Shown in pieces: positions 17,959 to 25,554 of a stretch of DNA of 28,394 bases; position 1 is the stretch's first letter; each line of letters begins with the position of its first letter. Under the pieces are notes generated by a model. The model was not told the origin of the DNA and did no database searches. It saw only the letters and a list, made by a program, of their open reading frames with translations. The position numbers were made by a program, and so were the translations under genes. Source of the DNA: a bacterium (GTDB lineage: Bacteria > Sysuimicrobiota > Sysuimicrobiia > Sysuimicrobiales > Kaftiobacteriaceae). The stretch lies in assembly GCA_044868695.1 (NCBI GenBank), contig JBIOWP010000007.1:1-28394 (forward strand). The letters run 5' to 3'.

Positions 17959-18211
17959 ACCCGTCAACGTGCGAGAAGTGGTCCTCTATATATTCGAGCG
18001 CCCGAACGATCGTGTCGGCGTCCTTCGCTTCCAGATCGAGCAGCACGTGATAGGGCCGGGCCCCGAACAGGATGCGAAGACGTCTCGGCGGCGTCTTAAT
18101 CGTCACCCCCGGCACGTTCTTCATGACTTCCGGGGGCAGCCGCTTGATGTCGGCTTCGACCGCGGAGTCCCGGTGATCGTGAAAGATTACCAAGGCAATC
18201 GCCTGCGCCAT
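17951..18211 (-). CDS. Small hypothetical protein (86 aa), possible Lrp/AsnC ligand-binding-like ferredoxin fold
   Basis: GGGGAG RBS before ATG 18211; beta-alpha-beta-beta-alpha pattern with LFG..PYHVLLDLEAKD resembling the G-x-YD...EAxD motif; preceded by the promoter motif. Confidence 0.65.
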   Translation of the reverse strand: MAQAIALVIFHDHRDSAVEADIKRLPPEVMKNVPGVTIKTPPRRLRILFGARPYHVLLDLEAKDADTIVRALEYIEDHFSHVDGFM

Positions 18212-18245
18212 CTCCCCCACCCCCCTGGCCGGAAGTTTGATAGGA

Positions 18246-18272
18246 GTTCTCTCGCCCCATATCGGGTCCTGC
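18246..18272 (-). promoter_or_regulatory. Putative sigma-H-like promoter GCAGGA-N17-GAAC for the 86-aa protein
   Basis: The minus strand reads GCAGGA cccgatatggggcgaga GAAC. Confidence 0.6.
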
Positions 18273-18285
18273 TATGCTGAAGGCC

Positions 18286-19932
18286 ATGAGACCCGAGGCC
18301 GTCGACGTCTGCGTGGCGGGCGGCCAGGTCATCGACGTTCGCACCGGCGCCGCACACAGAGCCGCGGTGGGTATCCGCGGCGACCGGATCGTGGCGATCG
18401 GGCCTGACGAGACGATCGCCCCGGCGGCGCGCACGGTCATTGATGCCTCTGGCCGGACCGTCGTCCCCGGCTACATCGAGCCGCACGGCCATGCCATCCT
18501 GGCCAACCCGGTGGAGTTCGCGCAGGTCCTCGCCGCCCGCGGGACCACGACGGCTGTGGTGGACTCCCTTCCCCTGATGCTCCTGGCGCGGCCGGACCGG
18601 CTGGCGGAGTTGCTCCAGACACTCGCGGCGCTGCCGGTGAAACTCCGCTGGCTGATCCGCCTCCATCCACAATCGTTTGCGGAGACGGGCGACCGCTTCT
18701 CGCTGCCCGTCCTGCGCGCCTTGTGGCAGCTGCCGTGTGTCGCGGGGGTCGGTGAGGTCACCCGCTGGTTCGACGTGGTGGCGGGCGACGAGGACCTGCG
18801 CGCCAAGATCCGCGCCGCCCGGGCCGACGGGAAGCGGGTGGAAGGGCACGCGGCGGGCGCCTCGTACGAGCGGTTGGCCGCGCTGGCCGCCGCCGGGGTC
18901 ACGTCCTGCCACGAGGCAGTGACGGCCGACGAAATCCGGGACCGGCTCCGCGCAGGACTGGTCGCCATGCTCCGTCACAGTTCGATCCGGCCAGATCTCC
19001 CCGAATTACTGAAGGCGCTGGTTCACGACGACGTCCTCGCCGGCCGGGTGATGCTGACCGCCGACGGCCCGACGCCGGCGTTCATTGAAGAGCACGGGTA
19101 CCTAGACTACCTCCTCGATCTGGCCATCCGTGGCGGCACGCCCCCGGTCGAGGCGCTCCGGATGGTAACCGTCAACCCGGCGCAGTATTTCGGGTTCGAC
19201 GACGTCGGGGAGATCGCGGCCGGAAAACGCGCCGACCTCAACGTGATCCAGGATCTTGCCCATCCCACGCCGCTGCTGGTCGTCGCGGACGGCAAGGTTG
19301 TCGCCGCGGACCACCGGCTCACCGCCCCGTTCCAGGCGCCGCGCTGGGCCGCGGTTTACGAACCGCTCCGCATTCCCACGCCGCCGGCACCTGCGCTCGT
19401 GCCCGCCGGGCCGGCCTCTCCCGGTATCAAGCTGACTAGCGATGTTATCACTGAGCCGGTGTCCCCCGCGGACGTCCCGCCGACCGCGCTGCATGCGGCG
19501 CTGCTCGACCGCCGTGGGCAGTGGATCACGACGTCGCGCGTGATCGGGATGGCCGACCGGCTGGGCGGGCTGGCGACGACGATCAGCAGCGGGTTCGACG
19601 TCGTCGTCCTGGGCCAGCACCCCGCCGACATGGGCGCGGCGCTCGCGCGCCTCGCGGCTCTGGGCGGCGGGCTGGTGGTCATGGAGCGCGGCAAAGAAGT
19701 CTTCTCCTTTCCGCTGGAATTGGGAGCCTTCTCCCTCCGGCCCTGGGCGGAGGTCGCCGCCGCCAACCGGCGCTTTAACGCACTAATGCGTGACCACGGG
19801 TATCGCTTCAGCGACCCCATATTCAGCCTGCTGTTCCTGACGTTCGACTCCCTCCCATGGGTCCGCCTGACCGGGCGTGGGGTGTGGGATGTCCGCCACC
19901 GGAAGATTCTGGCTCCCTCAGTCCCTCTGTAG
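18286..19932 (+). CDS. Adenine deaminase family amidohydrolase, YerA-like
   Basis: VVPGYIEPHGH, GTTT, VEGH, CHEA, LRHSSIRPD, TADG, TVNPAQYFG and GKRADL. Start is ATG 18286 (7 nt after TATGCT, probably leaderless) or ATG 18274. Confidence 0.88.
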   Translation: MRPEAVDVCVAGGQVIDVRTGAAHRAAVGIRGDRIVAIGPDETIAPAARTVIDASGRTVVPGYIEPHGHAILANPVEFAQVLAARGTTTAVVDSLPLMLLARPDRLAELLQTLAALPVKLRWLIRLHPQSFAETGDRFSLPVLRALWQLPCVAGVGEVTRWFDVVAGDEDLRAKIRAARADGKRVEGHAAGASYERLAALAAAGVTSCHEAVTADEIRDRLRAGLVAMLRHSSIRPDLPELLKALVHDDVLAGRVMLTADGPTPAFIEEHGYLDYLLDLAIRGGTPPVEALRMVTVNPAQYFGFDDVGEIAAGKRADLNVIQDLAHPTPLLVVADGKVVAADHRLTAPFQAPRWAAVYEPLRIPTPPAPALVPAGPASPGIKLTSDVITEPVSPADVPPTALHAALLDRRGQWITTSRVIGMADRLGGLATTISSGFDVVVLGQHPADMGAALARLAALGGGLVVMERGKEVFSFPLELGAFSLRPWAEVAAANRRFNALMRDHGYRFSDPIFSLLFLTFDSLPWVRLTGRGVWDVRHRKILAPSVPL

Positions 19933-19957
19933 AGGAAGCGCTGGGCGAGGTGCGAAG
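19931..19957 (+). promoter_or_regulatory. Putative sigma-H-like promoter AGAGGA-N17-GAAG for the GYD gene
   Basis: AGAGGA agcgctgggcgaggtgc GAAG, 33 nt upstream of ATG 19991. Confidence 0.55.
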
Positions 19958-19990
19958 TCTCCTCTATCCCACGGGCAGGGAGGGAACGCG

Positions 19991-20284
19991 ATGCCGACAT
20001 ACGTCATGCTGTTCAACTGGACGGACCAGGGCGTGCGAACCGCCAAGGAGTCGACCAAGCGCGCCGACAGGTTCCGCGCCCAGGCGGAGAAGTTTAAGAT
20101 CAAAGTGCGCGAGACCCTGTGGACGATGGGGGCGTACGACGCGCTCGCCCTCTTCGACGCGCCCGACGATGCCTCGGCCAGCCGGCTGGCGATCTGGATG
20201 GGGAGCCAGGGGAACGTGCGCACGCTGACGATGCGCTGCTACACCGCGGCTGAAATGGAGAAAGTCGTCGAGGGCATCAGCTAA
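19991..20284 (+). CDS. GYD domain-containing protein
   Basis: MPTYVMLFNWTDQG, WTMGAYD, DAPDD and GNVRTLTMR; AGGGAGG RBS; the ORF-track start at 19877 overlaps the deaminase. Confidence 0.9.
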   Translation: MPTYVMLFNWTDQGVRTAKESTKRADRFRAQAEKFKIKVRETLWTMGAYDALALFDAPDDASASRLAIWMGSQGNVRTLTMRCYTAAEMEKVVEGIS

Positions 20285-20300
20285 TGTCGAAGGAGTGAAC

Positions 20301-21848
20301 ATGCCGAAGAGCCAGATCCCCGAAACCGTTCACGCGCTCAAAGCGCACATTGCCACGATCGCCGATCTGCGGGCTGCGGCGGCCGTCCTGCGCTGGGATC
20401 AGGAAACCTACATGCCTCCCAAAGGTACGGCAGGACGGGCTGAACAACTGAGCACGCTGACGAGACTGGCCCACGATCTGTTCGTGTCGGCCCGCACAAG
20501 GGAGCTCCTGCCCGCCGCGGAGGCCGTGGCGGACCAGTTGGACCCCGACTCGGACGAGGCGGGCCTGATTCGCATGACCCGGCGGGACTATGACCGCCTC
20601 AGCAAGCTCCCGGTCGACTTTGTCGCTGCGCGGGCCCGGGCGGCGTCGCTGAGCACGCACATCTGGCGTGAGGCCCGCCGCCGGAACGACTTCGCCGCCT
20701 TCCGTCCGGCTCTCCAGGACATGGTCGAATTTGCGCGGCGCGAGGCCGACTACCTGGGGTTTCAGGACCATCCCTATGATGCGCTGCTGGATCACTACGA
20801 GCCGGGTATGACGTCCCGGGAGGTCGACGCGCTGTTCATGCGGCTGCGGGAGGTCACGGTGCCGCTCGTGCGCACCGTCGTCGAGCGCGGGCGGCCCGTC
20901 GAGCACGCCTTCTTGCACGCGGAATTCGACCCGGCCGAACAGCGGGCCTTCGGCATGAAAGTGGCCCAGGCGTTTGGGTTCGACGTCTCGCGCGGTCGCC
21001 TGGATGACTCGGCGCATCCCTTTGCGACAAGCTTCCATCCGGATGACGTGCGGATCACCACCCGGTACCAGCGGAACTACCTGCCCTCGGCGATCTTCGC
21101 GATTTTCCACGAAGCCGGGCACGCCATGTATGAACAGGGCATCCCGGCCGCGTTGACCCGCACGTGCATCGGACACGGCGCGAGCCTGGGACTGCACGAA
21201 TCACAGTCACGGATGTGGGAGAACCTGGTCGGCCGCAGCCGGGCGTTCTGGCAGCAGTACTACCCCATTCTCCAGGATCAATTCCCAGCGCTCCGGCGGG
21301 TCGGAGCGGACGCATTCTACCGCGCGGTTAACCGCGTCGAACCATCGCTCATCCGCGTCGAGGCGGACGAGGTCACGTACAACCTGCACATCATGCTCCG
21401 GTATGAGATCGAGAAGCGCCTTCTGGACGGCTCGCTGGCCGTGGCGGATCTGCCGGACGCGTGGCGGGAGCGGATGCAGGCATACTTGGGGCTGACACCG
21501 CCTTCGGATGCGGACGGCGTGATGCAGGACATTCACTGGTCGGGCGGATCCATCGGGTACTTCCCAACGTACACGCTCGGCAATGTCATCTCGGTACAGT
21601 TGTTCGAGGCCGCCCGCCGGGCGCACCCCGGGCTGCTCGACGACATCGGAGCCGGCCGGTTCGCGACGCTGCTGGGCTGGCTGCGCGAGCACGTGCACCG
21701 GCACGGCCGGAAGTTCCTGCCGCGCGAGATTATCCGGCGCGCGACCGGCAGCGAGCTGACGCCGGAGCCCTACCTGGCGTATCTGCGGCAGAAAGTCAGC
21801 GAGGTCTACGGGGTGACGCTGGAGGAACCGGCGAGACAGACGTCCTAG
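20301..21848 (+). CDS. Carboxypeptidase Taq family (M32) metallocarboxypeptidase
   Basis: WDQETYMP, YDALLDHYEPG, HPF, DVRITTRY, HEAGH (HEXXH), HESQS, IRVEADE, QDIHW and GYFPTYTLG; AAGGAG RBS before ATG 20301. Confidence 0.95.
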   Translation: MPKSQIPETVHALKAHIATIADLRAAAAVLRWDQETYMPPKGTAGRAEQLSTLTRLAHDLFVSARTRELLPAAEAVADQLDPDSDEAGLIRMTRRDYDRLSKLPVDFVAARARAASLSTHIWREARRRNDFAAFRPALQDMVEFARREADYLGFQDHPYDALLDHYEPGMTSREVDALFMRLREVTVPLVRTVVERGRPVEHAFLHAEFDPAEQRAFGMKVAQAFGFDVSRGRLDDSAHPFATSFHPDDVRITTRYQRNYLPSAIFAIFHEAGHAMYEQGIPAALTRTCIGHGASLGLHESQSRMWENLVGRSRAFWQQYYPILQDQFPALRRVGADAFYRAVNRVEPSLIRVEADEVTYNLHIMLRYEIEKRLLDGSLAVADLPDAWRERMQAYLGLTPPSDADGVMQDIHWSGGSIGYFPTYTLGNVISVQLFEAARRAHPGLLDDIGAGRFATLLGWLREHVHRHGRKFLPREIIRRATGSELTPEPYLAYLRQKVSEVYGVTLEEPARQTS

Positions 21849-21920
21849 CCCCTTCCGGGTTCGCGTTGGCGGCTGGAGGCCCCTCAACGCGGGAATACGC
21901 ATGGGTAAGAGGTGAACCCA

Positions 21921-22025
21921 ATGCGAAGCTGGGTCGTCTGGATCGCGATCCTGGTGGCGATCGGATGGGCAATCGCACAGGGGATGCACGCGTTCCTGCA
22001 GGCGCACCCTACTCCCATCCTGTAG
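21921..22025 (+). CDS. Putative 34-aa single-pass membrane small protein (MRSWVVWIAILVAIGWAIAQGMHAFLQAHPTPIL)
   Basis: GAGGTG Shine-Dalgarno 6 nt before the ATG, one hydrophobic helix, and it fills an otherwise empty 200-nt gap; below the ORF-track length cutoff. Confidence 0.6.
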   Translation: MRSWVVWIAILVAIGWAIAQGMHAFLQAHPTPIL

Positions 22026-22048
22026 GTCCCAGACCCTGAGCCCACTTC

Positions 22049-22909
22049 ATGACTGACTCAGTCTGCGTGCTTGGCCTCGGCCTGATGGGCCGCCCTATCG
22101 CCCGTACGCTGCTGGGGGCGGGGCTCGACGTCAGGGGCTGGAACCGTTCGCCACTGCCTGAGGATCTGACGCAGGGCATTTCTCCGTGTGCAACGCTTCA
22201 GGAGGCCGGCCGCGCGTCGGTCGCCATTCTGATGCTGTCGGACTCGGCCGCGGTGGACGCCGTGCTCACCCGGCTCGAGCCGCATCTTCGATCCGGCCGC
22301 CTGGTCATCGACATGGGCACCTCGGATCCATCCCGCTCGCGTGAGCATGCAAAACGCCTCGCGGCTGGGGGAATCGGGTGGGTGGATGCGCCTGTGTCGG
22401 GCGGGCCCGAGGGCGCGGCCAAAGGCAGCCTCGCCATCATGGCCGGCGGGTCGGAGGACGATGTCGCGCGCGCAAAGCCCATCCTTGAGAAGCTGGGCCG
22501 GGTGGTGCGGGTCGGCGGGGCCGGCGATGGACACCTGATGAAGATCGTGAACCAGCTGATCGTCGGGCTCACGATCGAGGCCGTCGCGGAAGCCCTCACG
22601 CTCGCCGAACACGTCGGGCTGGATCCGCGCATGGTGCAGAAAGCCCTGGCCGGCGGCTTCGCCGACTCCAAGGTGCTGCAGGTCCACGGCAGCCGGATGA
22701 TTGCGCGCGCGTATGCGCCTGGAGGAAAGGCCAAGACCCAACTCAAAGACCTGCGCCTGGCCGAGACGTTGGCCGCTGCGGTCTCGGCTGGGCTGCCTCA
22801 CCTGCAGAGCGCCATCGAGCGCTATCAAATGCTAGTGGACCGCGGGGATGGCGACCTGGATCACTCCGCAATCCACAAGCTCCTCGGCAAGACCGCCCCG
22901 GCCCCGTAA
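22049..22909 (+). CDS. NAD(P)-dependent beta-hydroxyacid dehydrogenase (2-hydroxy-3-oxopropionate reductase / 3-hydroxyisobutyrate dehydrogenase family)
   Basis: GLGLMG, WNRS, IDMGT, DAPVSGG, IMAGG, KIVNQ, GGFADS and KDL. Confidence 0.92.
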   Translation: MTDSVCVLGLGLMGRPIARTLLGAGLDVRGWNRSPLPEDLTQGISPCATLQEAGRASVAILMLSDSAAVDAVLTRLEPHLRSGRLVIDMGTSDPSRSREHAKRLAAGGIGWVDAPVSGGPEGAAKGSLAIMAGGSEDDVARAKPILEKLGRVVRVGGAGDGHLMKIVNQLIVGLTIEAVAEALTLAEHVGLDPRMVQKALAGGFADSKVLQVHGSRMIARAYAPGGKAKTQLKDLRLAETLAAAVSAGLPHLQSAIERYQMLVDRGDGDLDHSAIHKLLGKTAPAP

Positions 22910-22911
22910 CG

Positions 22912-22938
22912 GCAGGAAGGCGCGGCACTGCGTGGAAG
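22912..22938 (+). promoter_or_regulatory. Putative sigma-H-like promoter GCAGGA-N17-GAAG for the esterase
   Basis: GCAGGA aggcgcggcactgcgtg GAAG; the ATG lies 10 nt downstream. Confidence 0.55.
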
Positions 22939-22948
22939 GGGCAGTGCC

Positions 22949-23863
22949 ATGCCGCTTCACCCGCTTGCGAAGGCTTTCCTCGACGAACGCGCTGCCCTGG
23001 GTGTGCGGCCCGTGAACGAACTTTCCGTCGACGATGCCCGCGCGCAAATGATCCGCGTCGCGCGGGCAATGGGACTCGGCGAGCCGGTAGACCGTGTAGA
23101 GGACCGGGTGATCCCAGGCCCGAGTGGCGAGATTCCGATCCGCGTTTATGCCCCACACGCCCACGAAGCCCTCCCTATCCTCCTGTACTTCCATGGCGGC
23201 GGATGGGTGGTCGGCAATCTCGACACGGTGGACCAGTTTTGCCGGACGGTCGCCAACGCCGCCGGCTGCATCGTCGTTTCCGTCAACTACCGTCACGCGC
23301 CTGAGCACAAGTTCCCCGCGGCGGCGGAGGACGCATACGCGGCCGTGACATGGGCAGGCCAGCACGCGGCGGCCGTCAAGGGGGATCCGGGGAGGCTGGC
23401 CGTGAGCGGCACCAGCGCCGGGGGCAACCTCGCCGCGGTGGCTGCGCTGGTGGCGCGCGAGCGCGGCACGCCGCCGATTCGATTCCAGCTGCTCATCGTC
23501 CCCGTGATCGACTACAACTTTGACACGGCGTCCTACCGTGAGAACGCGGAGGGGTTTGGGTTGACTGCGGATGCCATGCGGTGGTACTGGCGGCACTACC
23601 TGCCCACCCCGGGCGACGGACGGCATCCGCACGCGTCGCCGCTGCGTGCCCCCAGCCTCCGAGGACTGCCGCCGGCGTTTGTGCTCACGGCGGAGTGCGA
23701 TCCCCTGCGAGACGAGGGCGAAGCCTATGCGGCTCGTCTCAAAGCCGAAGGCGTACCGACAACGCACAAACGTTACCCGGGGATGGTGCATGGCTTCCAG
23801 GGTCCTGAGGCCACAGCCGACATGGCCCGGGCGTTGCGGGACGCGTTTGCGAAGGCGCGGTGA
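22949..23863 (+). CDS. Hormone-sensitive-lipase-family (family IV) esterase
   Basis: YFHGGGW, VNYRHAPEHKFPAA, GTSAGG nucleophile, ECDPLRDEG and HGF. Confidence 0.93.
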   Translation: MPLHPLAKAFLDERAALGVRPVNELSVDDARAQMIRVARAMGLGEPVDRVEDRVIPGPSGEIPIRVYAPHAHEALPILLYFHGGGWVVGNLDTVDQFCRTVANAAGCIVVSVNYRHAPEHKFPAAAEDAYAAVTWAGQHAAAVKGDPGRLAVSGTSAGGNLAAVAALVARERGTPPIRFQLLIVPVIDYNFDTASYRENAEGFGLTADAMRWYWRHYLPTPGDGRHPHASPLRAPSLRGLPPAFVLTAECDPLRDEGEAYAARLKAEGVPTTHKRYPGMVHGFQGPEATADMARALRDAFAKAR

Positions 23864-23884
23864 GGTGCACCTGGCCTTGACCTT

Positions 23885-25342
23885 CTAGTGCGCTTTCGCG
23901 TGAGGCCCGGCGTCAGTCTCGATCGGGGTGGAGCCGGCCGGCTGCGCGCCCGCGCAGAATGCATCCACGATCGCCGGGTCGAACTGCACGCCGCGCATCC
24001 GCTGGAGTTCCGCCACGGCCTCGTCCGCTGAGAGCGCGCGCCGATACGGCCGGTCGGACGTCATGGCCTCGAACGCATCGGCGACGGCGAGGATCCGGGC
24101 GAGCAACGGGATCTGTTCGCCTTTCAGCTCATCCGGATATCCATGACCGTCCCACCACTCGTGGACGTGGCGCACCGCTTCCTTGATCGCCTTGCTGAAG
24201 GGCGCGGACCGCAGGATTGAGCTCCCGACCACGGCGTGCTGCCGCATGAGCTCCCACTGACTTGAGGTCAAACGGCCCGGCTTCATCAAGACGTCATCTG
24301 GAACGCCGATCTTCCCGATGTCGTGGAGCCCGGCGGCAACCTCGAGTTCTGCGATGGTCTGAGATGACAGGCCCAGCCGGCGCGCCATCGCGACGGCATG
24401 GTTAGCGACGCGGTCGGAATGGTCGGCCGTCCGGGAGTCCCGGGCATCCACAGCGCTCGCCAGCGCGCGGAACGTTCCCAGGTGGGCCGCCCGCCGCCCC
24501 TTATCATCCTGCAGGGATCTCGACGATGTGAACTGCATCAGTGCGAAGAGACCGAAGCAGAGCGCGAAGAATCCGCCCGGGGCGACCGCCCAGACCGTGT
24601 GGTGAATCTTCGCGAGCCGGCGCTCCGCGGGACGGAAGTCATAGAGGACTTCGAACGCCCCTGTGGGAACGGCCGATCCCTTGAGGGTCACCGGGACGAA
24701 CAGGCGCACCACTCCTTTTTGCGCACCATCGAGGTCAGACGCGGCGAGCTCGCTTCGAGCCCGGGCTGCCGAAGACGGCCGTCCGGAGGAGTTGACCCAG
24801 ACCTGCTTCTCCTGAAACGCGAGGTAGCGCAAGTAGCCCTGGCGGGAGAGGTACATCGTTTCAGCTGAAAATGGGCCCAGGTTGGAGGCGGCCGGTTCCA
24901 CGGCGACAGACCCGTCGAGCGCGGCGCGGAGACCGCTGCTCATGGGAAACGACCGGCCCACGCCGGCGTCGTCGTTGCTGTACAGCAGGATGCCGGAACG
25001 GTTCCACAATCTGATCCGCAGCAGGTTGGAACGCTCCGGGTCGGCGAACAGGGCGTCGAAGAACGCCTGGCGGCTCGGATTGAGGCCGTAATCGAACTCG
25101 ATGCGGGTGAACGGTGCCGATGAGAGCCCGGCCACCTGGTCTGCCACCTGGTGAGCCTGTCGGTCGATAATCGATTCCCGGATGGCCGCCGCGGCGAGGG
25201 GAGACAGGCTCGCGGTCAGCGCCAGCGCGGTGAGCCCCGCGACAAATGCAAAGCGCAGCGTCGGAGCCGGCCGCCTACCGCCCCGCAGCCGCTCCCGCCT
25301 CACCGAGAGATGCAGAATTGGTCCCTTGCCCACTAAGTTCAC
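23885..25342 (-). CDS. Membrane-anchored HD-GYP phosphodiesterase with extracytoplasmic sensor region
   Basis: Two hydrophobic segments flank a sensor region; DARD..TADHSDRV, LHDIGKIG, HVHEWWDGHGYP, ADAFEAMTSDRPYR and QFDP. The start is uncertain (GTG 25342 or 25303). Confidence 0.9.
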   Translation of the reverse strand: MNLVGKGPILHLSVRRERLRGGRRPAPTLRFAFVAGLTALALTASLSPLAAAAIRESIIDRQAHQVADQVAGLSSAPFTRIEFDYGLNPSRQAFFDALFADPERSNLLRIRLWNRSGILLYSNDDAGVGRSFPMSSGLRAALDGSVAVEPAASNLGPFSAETMYLSRQGYLRYLAFQEKQVWVNSSGRPSSAARARSELAASDLDGAQKGVVRLFVPVTLKGSAVPTGAFEVLYDFRPAERRLAKIHHTVWAVAPGGFFALCFGLFALMQFTSSRSLQDDKGRRAAHLGTFRALASAVDARDSRTADHSDRVANHAVAMARRLGLSSQTIAELEVAAGLHDIGKIGVPDDVLMKPGRLTSSQWELMRQHAVVGSSILRSAPFSKAIKEAVRHVHEWWDGHGYPDELKGEQIPLLARILAVADAFEAMTSDRPYRRALSADEAVAELQRMRGVQFDPAIVDAFCAGAQPAGSTPIETDAGPHAKAH

Positions 25343-25554
25343 TCCCGCACCGGGGGGCGCAGTGTCCGCTCATAATTGGAGCAACTTTGGGACCAGTTCG
25401 GCGGACGGGATGAGGAATGAGGGACGAAACCGCCCTCAAGGTTTTGCGCCGGCTGCCGAGTATGGCCCCGGCCGCACGCGGGAAAACCAGGAAGAAAGAG
25501 ATAACTTTCTGTGAAGCCCATCTACTCCGCTCAGGATGAACGGGAGGCGCCGGT

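Noticed and set aside
22832..23791. 319-aa minus-strand ORF (also 8355-9305, 18187-18978, 20277-21197, 21207-22007 and 22058-22828)
   Set aside because: All lie antisense to well-supported genes and carry no domain signatures.
25343..25554. Riboswitch or sRNA in the HD-GYP/nucleotidase gap
   Set aside because: No recognisable aptamer consensus (c-di-GMP, purine or other) by eye; an Infernal/Rfam scan would be decisive.
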